NCBI GenBank assembly: GCA_951406725.2
Contig: OX597816.1
Span: 170,004,001 to 170,068,000 of the forward strand
Reading direction: 5' to 3'
Length of the DNA stretch: 64,000 nucleotides
Source: Octopus vulgaris
Lineage: Eukaryota
The notes under the pieces: model-generated
The model's database searches: none
What the model was told of the DNA's origin: nothing
Seen by the model: only the letters and a program-made list of their open reading frames with translations
Shown: positions 39,620-52,051 of the stretch, in pieces
How positions within the stretch are numbered: the stretch's first letter is position 1
Layout: each line of letters opens with the position of its first letter
Position numbers and translations under genes: made by a program

Positions 39620-40440
39620 GCACTCTTTGAATACTCCGGAAAACTAAATTAACAACATAAGCTACTTTTCGAAGTTTGAATCTTCTTTTTTTAAATTTGT
39701 TTTTCCTTTTAATGTGCATTCTACATATGTTAATCTCACCTGTATTACTTACTACTCTAGAGCTTCTTTCTCTTTCACGTAAAACGCTAAATTTGTCTTC
39801 TTTAATCTTTCAACCTCTTGCAACAGTCAATAACCTTTTTTCACTTTCTGTTCCAATCTAATGTAAACGGTCTTAGAGTTTATGCTTTCGTGCACTTCGA
39901 GCCACTTCTTGTCGATGGCCATTCATCTGTCTTCTATTCAATAAGTACCTCTGTAAGCCTTATTAACGACACAACATTCAAATTTGTTGCTTGTATGATA
40001 ATTATGCATTCAATTAAACATTTTTTAGTATTCTTTCAGTTCTAAGAAACTATTATTTATAGAAAGTATTTCTTATTTTTCTTGTTTTAATTTCCCTTTG
40101 CTGTATTCCAAGAATCTTATATGCTTCTTTTTCATTTAAGGCATAAATGTTCCTACTATAAGAGAACACCAATTGAAGATTTTTAAAAATCATGCTTCAG
40201 TTCCATCGTAGCGCATTCTTCGATGCCAAATGCCATCGAAGTATCACTAATGAGGATTTGTACGGGTTTTGCACCAAGTATTCCGATTGATTTTTATCTT
40301 TGCCTACTTTTAAATGGTCCGTAAAAAGCAAATAACTTATATTCTGTAACAATTGGTATCCTTTCTTACTTCTTATTCCAAATCATGAACAACTGGATAA
40401 GTTCAGTTTCAAACAACCACTTTTGAAAGGTTTCTCCTCT
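39620..40440 (-). mobile_element. Very decayed R4/Dong-like RT-thumb fragment
   Basis: Minus strand SDTSMAFGIEECATMELK resembles DMKFGLEKCAKVTMK of the 4820-7718 element. Confidence 0.45.
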
Positions 40441-40488
40441 AAATTGTACATCAGTTGATCTCTGCCATCTTTAACGTCACATTGTGTT

Positions 40489-40525
40489 TTCTTCTTCTTC
40501 TTCTCCTTCTTCTTCTTCTTCTTCT

Positions 40526-40558
<33 letters not shown>

Positions 40559-40561
40559 ACA

Positions 40562-40596
<35 letters not shown>

Positions 40597-40617
40597 CACT
40601 ACTACTACTACTACTTA

Positions 40618-40673
<56 letters not shown>
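40489..40673. repeat. Compound microsatellite (CTT)n(CTG)n(CTA)n(TA)n
   Basis: Direct reading. Confidence 0.95.
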
Positions 40674-40676
<3 letters not shown>

Positions 40677-40706
40677 CCCACGTGCTTTACCAAACAAACT
40701 TTCTTA

Positions 40707-40744
<38 letters not shown>

Positions 40745-40745
<1 letters not shown>

Positions 40746-41120
40746 TAGCAGTATCGCCCGGCGTTGCTCGGGTTTGTAAGGGAAATAACTATATAAGCAT
40801 TTTTAGCCATCTTAATATGGCTAACCACAAATGGGGGTGTTACTGTAGATTTTTACATTCTGAGATTTAATAATAAATTTTTAGAGAGTTACTTCCCTTA
40901 TATATGCCTAAAATGCATTAAAAATGTGGAAAATTGATGGTAATTTTTTTAAAAATCGTAGACTCATCGTAGACGCGCGCTAATACCCAGAAGGGCTCGA
41001 TATGAATCACGACTATAAGATACCCAGTTTTGGTCAAACTGCACCGCAAAATGTGGGACTAGTTAGGAATTTAAATCTTTGGAGACAGACAGCACACAAC
41101 CTCTCTTTTATATATAAAGA
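40745..41120 (-). mobile_element. Non-autonomous Helitron
   Basis: Minus strand begins TC, ends with a CCCGAGCAACGCCGGG hairpin then CTAG, inserted between A and T with no TSD. Confidence 0.8.
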
Positions 41121-41252
41121 TATATGTCTGTAAATATAATATGTGACAACAACTGTCACATATACTTACAGATAAATTCCTCTATTTACATAATATCGAG
41201 GTCTCTTTCATTCTATTGTTACCTTGCCATTTCTATCAATATATATATATAC

Positions 41253-41414
41253 CTGTGTGGTAAGTAGCTTGCTAACCAACCACATGGTTGCGGGTTCAGT
41301 CCCACTGCGTGGCATCTTGGGCAAGTGTCTTCTGCTATAGCCCCGGGCCGACCAATGCCTTGTGAGTGGATTTGGTAGACGGAAACTGAAAGAAGCCTGT
41401 CGTATATATGTATG

Positions 41415-41447
<33 letters not shown>

Positions 41448-41667
41448 TTGTGTGTCTGTGTTTGTCCCCCTAGCATTGCTTGACAACCGATGCTGGTGTG
41501 TCTACGTCCCCGCCACTTAGCGGTTCGGCAAAAGAGACCGATAGAATAAGTACTGGGCTTACAAAAAGAATAAGTCCCGGGGTCGAGTTGCTCGACTAAA
41601 AGGCGGTGCTCCAGCATGGCCACAGTCAAATGACTGAAACAAGTAAAAGAGTAAAGAGTAAAGAGTA
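41253..41667 (+). mobile_element. SINE family A, slightly 5'-truncated, flanked by a ~130-bp direct duplication
   Basis: Sense-orientation copy; flanks 41122-41251 and 41668-41797. Confidence 0.92.
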
Positions 41668-41782
41668 ATATGTCTGTAAATATAATATGTGACAATAACT
41701 GTCACATATACTTACAGATAAATTCCTCTATTTACATAATATCGAGGTCTCTTTCATTCTGTTGTTGCCTTGCCATTTCTAT

Positions 41783-41853
<71 letters not shown>

Positions 41854-42949
41854 TATACATATATTTCTTTTATTTTCATCTATATTTTTTATATGTTTCA
41901 GCCAAACGCTGCGTTTATATATAAAGAAAACTAGCATTGCTAGAGATGGATTTAAGTCCTTACAACATGTGTTTGTGGAAAACTTTCTGCCCTAACGGTT
42001 AGAATGACGTAAAGTAGCTAGGCACTAAAAATTCAGTGAAAATATTTTAGATTATAGAATTACTGACTAGTCTTTTCGAATACTTTAAGAACACAAATCT
42101 AAACTTTTTACAGTGTCTCTGTAAATGCAGGTGTTGAAACTTCTGTTAAAACAACTGTAGTGCTCAAATTTGCCAAATCTCTAAATATATTTGTTGTAGG
42201 TAGTCTATGTAAAATAAAACTTGTCAAAGAATTACTTCTAGAATAAACACACGACTTGCTTTGATATTTCTTTTATTGCTACAAGAATCTCGTTAGTGTG
42301 CTCTTTTGTAGAAGCTCAATACATTCTGTTAAGAATATTAAAGTCATCTTTGCAATATATCTTGCCTAACCTTTGGCATCATGGAGTTGTGCAACTAAAG
42401 AATCCTGTAATGCAAGAACAATAGTCTGTACTGTTCTTATAGTTTAACTGTGGTTTACTCAATAAAGCGGCCTACTCTTTCACATACCAGCGCAGTAGGT
42501 GTTGAGTTGCAAAGTCAAATACATAAAATCTGTAATCTATGAACATTTCATAGATTACGAGGTTTGGATATTGTATAACAGTTTAATTTGGCTAATTTCG
42601 TCGAACTAAGATAAACCCGAGTATTTCCAAATTTACCGCAAGACAGTGTAAACAAAAAAATTTCACATTTGCGATTCCTCTTCTAATTTCAGAGTGGCTA
42701 AATCATTGGAAAGTAGAAATTCAATACACATTATTGACATATGATAAATACACTGAGTCAGATACACGAAGGAGACAAGCATTTCCATCTGATGTTGTTC
42801 CTTGCAGAGGATGTAAAATTAGAAATCCATTACTAAAGTTTTAAAAAAATTGTTGTTCCTGGTTGTTTTTTTGTGTTGAAATTGAATATTTTTTCTTTTC
42901 TTTTTACCGCTTTTTCTTCTTTCTAAAGGATATTCAGCTGTGGTTTATA

Positions 42950-44160
42950 TTTTTAATCAGTATGTTTTCCTTACATAAACAGAATTGGGTTGAAGTGTTT
43001 CCAGTGCATTGATAGAGAAAGAAAATTTGGTATTTAAAGTTTATGTCTCCGGGGCATTGTTCTAGGTTCTTGCTTACGGGAATTTTCCTAATAGTGGTGT
43101 TCTGGATTTGTTACCTGTGCACCGTAAGTCTATCCCTCAAAGTTGAACTAGTTTGACCAATGTAGTCACCATTACAACCTCCACATTTAAGAACATAGAT
43201 TAAGTTCTTCGAAGCACAGGTGAAGTCATATTTTATGGTAAAATTTTGACCTGATTTAAATTTATAAGTTGAGCCCTCTAAGAGGAAGATGCAAGTTCCA
43301 CAGTTAGGGCGGTTGAACTTTTTGACTTGTGTGTTTGTATTTTTGGTGAGTAATTTGGTGCTGGTGAGGAATTTTTATAGGAATCGCGGTTGTCTCTTGC
43401 TTTTTATAATCCTATGCGCTTAGGTGCTTTTTCATTCGTGTGTCCTTCATAAGGAGGGGTATATTTTGGTGGATGATGTTGTATGCTTCCATGTTTCTTG
43501 GATTGTGTGTTGATACGTAAGACGGAGTTTTACGTGTGTTTTCTTGTTTTCCGTAACTCTTGGACGTCTATCATTTTTGCACGTTCTATTCCATTTTTGA
43601 TTAGACTGGCTGGGTATTTTCTATCTAGTAATGTGTTTTAAGTTCTCGGAGTCGCTTTTCTCGGGATTTGGGATTTGATGCAATCGTGTAAATTCTTCTC
43701 TATACCGGGCTAAGTTGAACGGTATATTTATTATAGTATGTTTTGGGTAGCAAGCGAAGAATAGACGATATTGTTTTGAGTTCGTTGCTTTGATGAAGTT
43801 GTCGGTTTCAATTTCAGTATTTCTCTTTATTATTAAGATGTCTAGGAAGAGTAGTTGTTTGTGACTGTATTCCATTGTACACAGGATATTGTGGTTAATT
43901 CTGTTGATTAGGTTGTGAAATTCTGTGAGTTGTTCAAGGTTATGTGGCCTCAGGATGAAACAGTCATTCAGGTAGCGTTTCCAGTCGGTGAGTAAGTATT
44001 TTTGGAAGTTGTCTCCAAATTTCAATCTAGCGTGTTCGTATATTTGAACTTCCAAGTATGCCATGACAAGGTTGGCAAAAGTAGGCGCTACCCTCGTTCC
44101 CATCACCATGCCCGATTTTATGTCTATAAGTGTTTTCGTTGAACTTAAAGAAATTGTTCT
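42950..44160 (-). mobile_element. Penelope-like retroelement fragment: RT C-terminal half plus GIY-YIG endonuclease
   Basis: MGTRVAPTFANLVM, WKRYLNDCF, FLDILI, IPFNLA, then SKNLIYVLKCGGCNGDYIGQTS. Confidence 0.9.
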
Positions 44161-44265
44161 GTCAATAAATGTATTTTAAACATTTACGAGTTTTTGAAAT
44201 TTAGGTGTATTTTAAACAACACATTTTCCTATATTTTTTCCTGCGTGGGAATTCTACCCACTCTT

Positions 44266-44301
<36 letters not shown>

Positions 44302-44500
44302 TGTATATATAAAACCTAAAACATCTGGTAATGTCAAGTTAATATTGATGATTGTGGTGGAGGTCTGCTCTCGACGGTACATGGTTGGGATATATTGTCA
44401 GATGATATATTTTGGTGAGGTGTATAGTGGAAGATGTTGCTATTATTGGGATAGAATGATGCTTTCTAACGAACATGTGTCTGAATGAAGTTACTTACCC

Positions 44501-44532
<32 letters not shown>

Positions 44533-44536
<4 letters not shown>

Positions 44537-45240
44537 TAAATAAATGGTGTTGAACGCAGGTGTTATTCAAAGTCTTGTACTTTTGTATTCTCTTCTCTAA
44601 GAATCACCTTGTTAACACACACGTAGAGCGATCTTACAAACGTAAGCACTGGCAGAAACACACCTTTAGCTCATATAAGTGATTTATACCAGTATGTATA
44701 GTTCGAACATTTTGTTCAACTTGCACTTTACTTCAATAGAGAAATCTACTTCGAAGACTTTGAACATTTTTTCAACCAATATATCCTTCTTTATTTGTTC
44801 TCTACATATTATTTCTTTACCCCTTCTCTTCCTATGGTCTGCCTTTGACGTCAGATCTACTAACGGTTTTTTTTAAAAACAAAACTTAATAGCTTTCTGT
44901 TTATCATTTACGCAGTCATAAAAATTGTTATAATGTCTTGTTGTTGAGATAGGTCCTCTTTCTTTCCTGATGAGATTACATTATTTTACACCATTTATTC
45001 CTTTGGAATAAAACCAATGTTGTCTTCGAAACATATGTCGAAAGTAAAAGAATTTGAATAACATCTGCGTTCAACTCCATTTATTTACTTATACTATACA
45101 AATTACTGCTAATTAACCCGGAGTTTTTAACTTTGAATAGGTCACTACATCCTTGTTACTTGCGTGAATTTTGCTACCCTGGTAACTGTTTATTGAATTT
45201 TCTGTGTTAACGGTAAACAAAGGATAATTCATTCATCCAT
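44533..45240. mobile_element. Penelope-like pLTR module with short inverted copy (44533-44585 vs 45040-45093), between (TA)n
   Basis: ataagtaaataaatggtgttgaacgcaggtgttattcaaa is the near reverse complement of tttgaataacatctgcgttcaactccatttatttacttat; same family as the 17-18 kb element. Confidence 0.75.
44962..45044 (+). ncRNA. Minimal type I hammerhead ribozyme
   Basis: ctttc-CTGATGA-(imperfect stem II)-GAAA-catatg-TC-gaaag: perfect 5-bp stem I, palindromic ACATATGT stem III, GUC triplet. Confidence 0.75.
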
Positions 45241-45443
45241 ATATATATGTACATATATGCTGATTCTGTCTAAGAATTATATTTGGGATACACCCATTTC
45301 TGAATAATTCAGCAACATTGATATTAACTCTGGAGTAATTATCTCAGTTCAACAAAGAATTGAGACTTCATCTTCTCGAATGACGGACACCCATAAATAT
45401 GCATGTATACATACATACATACATACATACATACATACATACA

Positions 45444-45473
<30 letters not shown>

Positions 45474-45474
<1 letters not shown>

Positions 45475-47042
45475 CATGATATTTTCCATACGCCACCTTC
45501 AGGAGAAGTCCAGAGAACAGAAATTGCCATTATATATGGCCTTCATTTACCTGACAAAGGCCTTTGACTTGGCAAGTAGAAAAGGCTTCTTCATCCTGCT
45601 TCAAAAAATCGGATGTCCACCAAAGCTGTTGAGGACCATCAAATATTTCCATGATGATATACAAGGCACCATACAGTACAATGATTCAACATCAGCCGCC
45701 TTCCAAATAAAGAATGGAGTAAAGCAAGGCTGGGTCCTTGCTCCTACATTATTTGGCATCTTCTTCTCGCTGCTGCTGTCACATGCCTTTGAGAATCAGT
45801 TGATGGAGTGTTGGTGCACAGTAGAAGTGACGGGAAACTGTTCAATTTCTCGCGTCTGCGTGCCAAGAGCAAAATCAGAGGCGTCCTGATCAATCAAGGA
45901 GATGCCCTTCGCTGATGATGATGCTCTGGTATCACACAGAAGAAGTCATGCAAAGGCTCATCCGCTGCTTTGAGCAAGCATGTAGAGACTTTGGCTTAGT
46001 TATCAGCCTCAAGAAAACCAACATCATGGGTAAGGCTACATCGGACATCCCAACCATACATATTGGAGACCACAGATTACAGGAGATGGTCTTGGCTCTA
46101 CCGTGTCTTGGCTTACCGTCACCTACAACCTATGCCTTGATGCCGAGCTCAATATACGCATTGGCAAGGCAGCTGCTGTGATGGCCCAACTCTCCAAACG
46201 GGCATGGGACAACAATAAGCTGTCGACGTTCACAAAAATGAAGATTTATCAGGCATGTGTACTTAGCACTCTACTGCATGGCAGTGAGACCAAGACGCCA
46301 TACACACTCCAAGAACGTCGCCTAAATATCTTTCACCTGCACTGCTTCCGGAAAATACTTGGCAACAAATGGCAGATCATGTCCCCAACAAAGATGTCAT
46401 CAAGCAAGCAGGAATACCGAGCATGTTTGTACTGCTCACAGAAAGACGTATGTTAGTCGTATGGAATATTACAGAGTCCCCAAGGACATACTCTACGGAG
46501 GGTTTCCTAGCGTCGTGGAGCTTTTAGGTGTTTTCGCTCAATAAACACTCACAACGCCCGGTCTGGGAATCGAAACCGCGGTCCTATGACCGCGAGTCCG
46601 CTGCCCTAACCACTGGGCCATTGCGCCTCCACGCTAGCTTTATAACGTTTATTCTAGCAATTAAGACCGTTCTTAAGTACAAGGTTGTTCGCAAAAAGGT
46701 ATATGAAGGCCTGCGGCATCAATATTAGTGACTGGGAAACAGTTGCCAGCAACCGTGGAGATTGGCGACACACCATAGAAGAGGCAGTACAAAGGAGTGA
46801 CAGAGGAAGAGAGGAGAAATGGAAAGACAAGAAAAGTCAACAAGAAACTATGACATTACAACCAGCCAGGCAAAGTTTTCACTACATCTACGTCACCTGT
46901 CAGAGGGAGTGTTTGTCCAGATTAGGACTACACAGCCACAGCAGGAGATGTAAATGACATGAAATGTAAAAAAAAAACAGACTGGATTATTTTTATGCGC
47001 AACTCCATTGTCCCCTGAGATAAAAGGATGCCAACAACAACT
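45474..47042 (+). mobile_element. 5'-truncated, decayed RTE-clade LINE
   Basis: MIFSIRHLQEKSREQ, AFIYLTKAFD, GVKQGWVLAPTLF, FADD, KIYQACVLSTLLHGSE, terminal CQRECLSRLGLHSH; 3' end gagataaaaggatgccaacaacaac. Confidence 0.9.
46514..46632 (-). mobile_element. SINE family B head inserted in the RTE element
   Basis: Reverse complement of 21011-21130. Confidence 0.88.
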
Positions 47043-47380
47043 ACAGCATCTGCATACGTACATATATATATATATGAATATATAAGTACGTATAAATCCA
47101 TACATGCATACACACATGCATAAATTTGGAAAAGATATCACAAAATTTGGAAGAGATATCACAAGTTCATATTAATATTTTGCATACTTTTAACAACAAA
47201 TGTGAGATATTATTATGTTGTTTTTTTTTGTAAAAGATTAGTTGTGAAACTAACATTTATACAAACACTTATACTAGCTTTATAACATTTATTTAATCCA
47301 AACAAGAAAACACAAAAAAACACAACAACGTGAGGACGTGGAACAAATATAGTATTATTGGATGCTCAGGAAAGAAGGAG

Positions 47381-47415
47381 GTTTAACGTTTCGAGCGGAG
47401 CTCTTCGTCGGAAAC
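47381..47415 (-). ncRNA. Variant ultra-minimal hammerhead-like motif in a (TA)n-adjacent module (47290-47485)
   Basis: Reverse complement GTTT-CCGACGA-A-GAGC-tcc-GCTC-GAAA-CG-TT-AAAC; core has U4C and an extra A. Confidence 0.5.
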
Positions 47416-47483
47416 ATAGGAGAAGGAAAGATCCAGAGAAGGGAAGACAGAGGAAAGAAAATCGCCAACGGTACACACGAGGT

Positions 47484-47525
<42 letters not shown>

Positions 47526-47526
<1 letters not shown>

Positions 47527-47765
47527 TTTATTTTAAGCAGCAGAAAATTCAACAAAATCTGTTACTCTGAGTTTCTCGTTGCCGTTCATCAGACAGTTTT
47601 TGCCAAGTATTTTCTAGCAAAAACTGTCTGATGAACGGCAACGAGAAACTCGGAGTAACAGATTTTGTTGAATTTTCTGCTGCTTAAAATAAAGCATATT
47701 ACTCTACCACTGGTATTTGAGTACTCTTTTTTCCACCTTGTTTCACATTTATGTGTTTACTCCGG
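47526..47765. mobile_element. pLTR-like fold-back module: 78-bp inverted arms (47526-47603 / 47617-47694) plus extension, between (TA)n
   Basis: Arms differ at about one base; 13-nt spacer. Confidence 0.85.
47624..47661 (+). ncRNA. Minimal hammerhead ribozyme; mirrored on the minus strand at ~47559-47596
   Basis: ctgt-CTGATGA-acg-gcaa-cga-GAAA-ctcggag-TA-acag; stem II is only 2 bp. Confidence 0.68.
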
Positions 47766-48611
47766 TATATATATATATATATATACAGAAAATGATGAAC
47801 AAATATGCAAATAAAAGTAAAATGCGTATAAAATAAATATAGGCGCAGCAGTGGCTGTGTGGTAAGTAGCTAATTTTAAAAAATTTTATTCTATTCTATA
47901 AACCGTTTTCATTTAATTCCTTTTATGCATAAATTTCCCTGCATAAAGTAACTAATGCTACAATTCTGAGAGATTGTTTCCGCTTCCACAATATGTGTGA
48001 AGCTGTACTGATGACGTCTTCGTCTTCTTTTAACTGGGTGTTTTTTTTCATATAACAATCTTGTTAACTACTACAATGGCAACGTATAATCAGACATTTT
48101 AGTTCTTGTTGAAAAATTACCACATTGCACTCCCCCACCACACACACAGAATACACCAATATGTATTTCTAAAATGCTACAAAGTCAACAACATAAATTC
48201 GGTTTCGTCTAGACAAATGTTAGCAACTAAATTATCAGGATAATAACAGCTTCTAATATATAAAATCTAGATGGACGATGATGCGAAAACAGCTGAAACA
48301 TAACTATAGATGTTGGGGCAAAATGGTATTAGATGGTGATGATGATGATGATGATGACGACGATTAAGATGACAATGATGAAACGTTGAAGATGCTGATG
48401 GTAGTAATTGAACTATAACTGGTACTTAGGTGGTGGTGGCCACGGTGATAATACTGAAGAAGATAAGCCTAAATCTGTTGGTGGAGTAGGTTTGGGTTAG
48501 AGTAGTTTTGTTATCACAAGTAAGCAATAAAATGATAAAAATTCCCCTAAAATCTTGACCTACGTGGGAGATATAGCCTACTGGTGATTCATTGGACACA
48601 GACACACACAC

Positions 48612-48647
<36 letters not shown>

Positions 48648-49154
48648 TTGAGGGTACTACTATTCGTAGATACCACACGCTAAAGAGGGACCAATGCGGT
48701 CAAAACTACTAAAATAAACAAAATTTTACCGAAGCAAATCATTTTAAAAAAAAGAATTTAGTAACATATCACCTGTGATTTCGCAATTAATGCAGAATAT
48801 GCATTCTATGTTCATCAGTGCAACAAACTCAAGATATATAAGAAAAAACATAACGTTACAAGCTCGATTGCCAACCGTAGAATTCGTCGTAGCATGTACG
48901 AATGTTTATCTATACATATCTATGAAAATGGTGGGCTTATTCGCAATGCATTTCGGTTACAAATTGCATACGATCGAGACCTTCGTGGAACATTGTGAGG
49001 TGAGGCGGGAGAGATGGTTACATCTTGCAAAGCCCATTTTTACTTTCAGATTGATTTTGCTTTGTCAGATGATCCGAAATGTTAGAGGTGGAACTATCTG
49101 CTTACGCATCTAAACGAACATCATATTTTGTTGGTTCCATGAGACTTGCATTTA

Positions 49155-49548
49155 TATCTTTTGACTTTTATCTTTGACTTGTTTGAGACTGCGGTCAAAC
49201 TGGGGCACCGTCTACAAGAAATTTTAGTCGAATGAATCGACCCCAGCACTTATCGTTCTTTTAATCCTGTTACGTTATCTATCGGTCTTTTTGCCAAGCC
49301 GTTAAGCGGTGGTAAGGGGACAAACACACATCCGCACGCACGCACGCACACACGCACACACGCACGCACGCACGCACGCACGCACATACACGACAGGTTT
49401 CTTTCAGTTTCCCTCTGCCAAATTCAATCACAAAGCTTTGTTGCCTCGAGGCTTTAGAAGACACTTGCTTAAGGTGCCCTGCAGTGGGACTGAACCCAAA
49501 ACTATGTGATGGGGAAGCAAGCTTCTTACCACATGGCCATGCTTGTGT
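49155..49548 (-). mobile_element. Diverged SINE family A relative
   Basis: Same block order with many substitutions. Confidence 0.8.
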
Positions 49549-49630
49549 CTAGTCGTTACCCACATGTAAATATGATGCGGTAGAACGAACCCTGCTTTTT
49601 GCTAATTGTTTTAGAATTCTATCTTGTTCT

Positions 49631-49857
49631 GCGAGCTGGCAGAAACGTTAGCACGCTGGGCGAAATGCGTGGCCGTATTTCGTCTGCCGTTACGTTCTGA
49701 GTTCAAATTCCGCCGAGGTCGACTTTGCCTTTCATCCTTTCGGGGTCAATAAATTTAGTACCAGTTGCGCGCTGGGGTCGATGTAATCGACTTAATCCCT
49801 TTGTCTGTCCTTGTTTGTCCTCTCTGTGTTTAGCCCCTTGTGAGTAGTAAAGAAATA
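49631..49857 (+). mobile_element. SINE family C with 12-bp TSD
   Basis: tatcttgttctg at 49620-49631 and 49858-49869. Confidence 0.9.
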
Positions 49858-50240
49858 TATCTTGTTCTGAGTAGAGATAAATACATTTTGGTTCATCGAA
49901 CTATGATCCAGCAAAACAACGAGGACCTTACTGCTTGGCTGCTATTGATTTTCAGCAGAATAGAATGGAGCGACAGGATCTGATGTGCCTATCATCCAAA
50001 CATAGCACGTTACTCGATTCAAAATGGAATCTACCAGCCTTATGTTTGTGAGACCGCTACCCAGGCTCCCTAATGAATATGGGTGAAAGGCAGTTGTTAG
50101 AAGATTGGAAGAGTGCGATAAAGTTGAAAGAGGAAAAGGCAAGACGTACATTGGGAAACTCAACTGAGTTCGGTTGTTGGCCGATTTATATTAATGCTAA
50201 TACGACAATTATAGAACTTCAGTGTGTGTGTGTTTGTGAT

Positions 50241-50271
<31 letters not shown>

Positions 50272-50453
50272 GTATGTGCATGTGCGGGCGCATGTGTGTG
50301 CCTGCGCGTGTGCATGTGTGTTTGTGTGAGTTTGTGTAAAAAAGCATGATTGTTCTGGACTTCAGTATACTGCATACGCAGAAGGGGCGACTACATATTA
50401 ACTAATGTTATCAGGCAACGGTTTACTCAGCCAATGAAATCCCATCCCCACTG

Positions 50454-50519
<66 letters not shown>

Positions 50520-51398
50520 AACATTGCTATTAACATTGTCAAAATATTAACGTTCATTAGCAAATGAAAATATAGAAAATCAGTAAAATGGCACAAAAAT
50601 TCAACAACGCAGGATTTAGATCTATTTTCCCGTCAGTAAAACACAATTCTCAGCGGTCTATGAATGAAGCAGTTTATTAGATTATGTGTGTATATTTGTA
50701 ACTGCTGAATTAAGTTTATCATTTTAATTTGCAACTTACGACAGAGCATTTACTAAAGGGATAAAATAAAATATATTGCAAGCTTCAATTCGACTGGGAT
50801 TATATGACTATCGGCTTATTTTAACGATTGTAAATGCGCGTATATTTGTTTATCGAAAACATAGAACACAAAGAAAAACTGGGGTAAACAAAGTGAAGAA
50901 ATACACAAAGGGTCAGTTGATGCTATTCTCCCTTTCATGTTAGCTCTTTCTATTTGTCTCACTTCAGGCTATTGGTTCACTTATTTCTAGTTTTCCCTTT
51001 ACTTATCTTACCATTTCATTGATACAGATTTCAAAAGATAATGTTTATTCGCTTCTTTGGAGTCACACACACACATAAACAAACAAACACACACACACAT
51101 AGGTGCAAATACACACACATAAACACACAATCACAAAAGATAACAAACACATTCTATTATTCTATTTGTATTAAATATTCTATAGGAATTGGCGGCGACA
51201 AAAGGAGCACTGTCTCCCATAAATAAACAATCTAACAACGGTCTAGTTAGATGTATTCCTATTTAACCACTAAAATTACCGGTACAATCTACCTAGAATG
51301 GTTTATTATTAACTTCTTAAATCTGAAAAAGTATGTTAAAACCAAAGTGTCTCGCTGAAATATGTGTGTAAATGCATCATACTTAAAGAAAAACGGAA

Positions 51399-51449
<51 letters not shown>

Positions 51450-51453
<4 letters not shown>

Positions 51454-51911
51454 AAATTTATGAATAAATGAAAAAATGGAGTTGAACGACAAATTAACAA
51501 ATTTCCTTTATTTTCGACATATGTTTTGAAGGCTGCATATTCCTAATTGTGAAGGAATAAGGAGTACATTATGCCGCTTTCTCATCAGGAAAAACAAGGA
51601 ATTTATGTCAACATCAAGATTCACAAAAATTTTTACATGACTGCTCTCACGGAGCGCATAGCGATAATGAGTGTCTCTTTAATATTCCTTTATAAGGAGT
51701 GACGTCAAACTGGTTGAATGTAGAAAATTCTAGAAGGTTCTAAAGGTTCAAGAGTTCAAACGGAGTAGGGGGAGAGAGGCCTAAGAAAAGTAAGGTGATT
51801 TGGAACAGGTCGTATGTATGGTGGGTTTTGTTAAATTCTTTTGTGAATGTGAATTTGCTACCCAGGTATCGGTTAAACGAATTATCCATAAAAAGATATT
51901 TCATTTTTCTA

Positions 51912-51915
<4 letters not shown>
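51450..51915. mobile_element. Penelope-like pLTR module: minus-strand hammerhead-bearing part (51511-51593) and plus-strand pLTR end
   Basis: Reverse complement ttttc-CTGATGA-gaaagcggcata...tatgcagccttc-AAAA-catatg-TC-gaaaa (GAAA mutated); ttgctacccaggtatcggtta at ~51855. Confidence 0.75.
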
Positions 51916-51965
<50 letters not shown>

Positions 51966-51983
51966 ACCGTTTTTCTTTAAGTA

Positions 51984-52046
<63 letters not shown>

Positions 52047-52051
<5 letters not shown>

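Noticed and set aside
49950-50160. Apparent splice acceptor (ttgattttcag) followed by exon-like sequence
   Set aside because: Contains stops and weakly resembles a decayed LINE 3' ORF region; no donor site or recognisable host protein.
50400-50580. CCAAT, SOX-like and octamer-like motifs around a (CA)n tract as a possible enhancer
   Set aside because: Short motifs are expected by chance in AT-rich DNA; no conservation data available.
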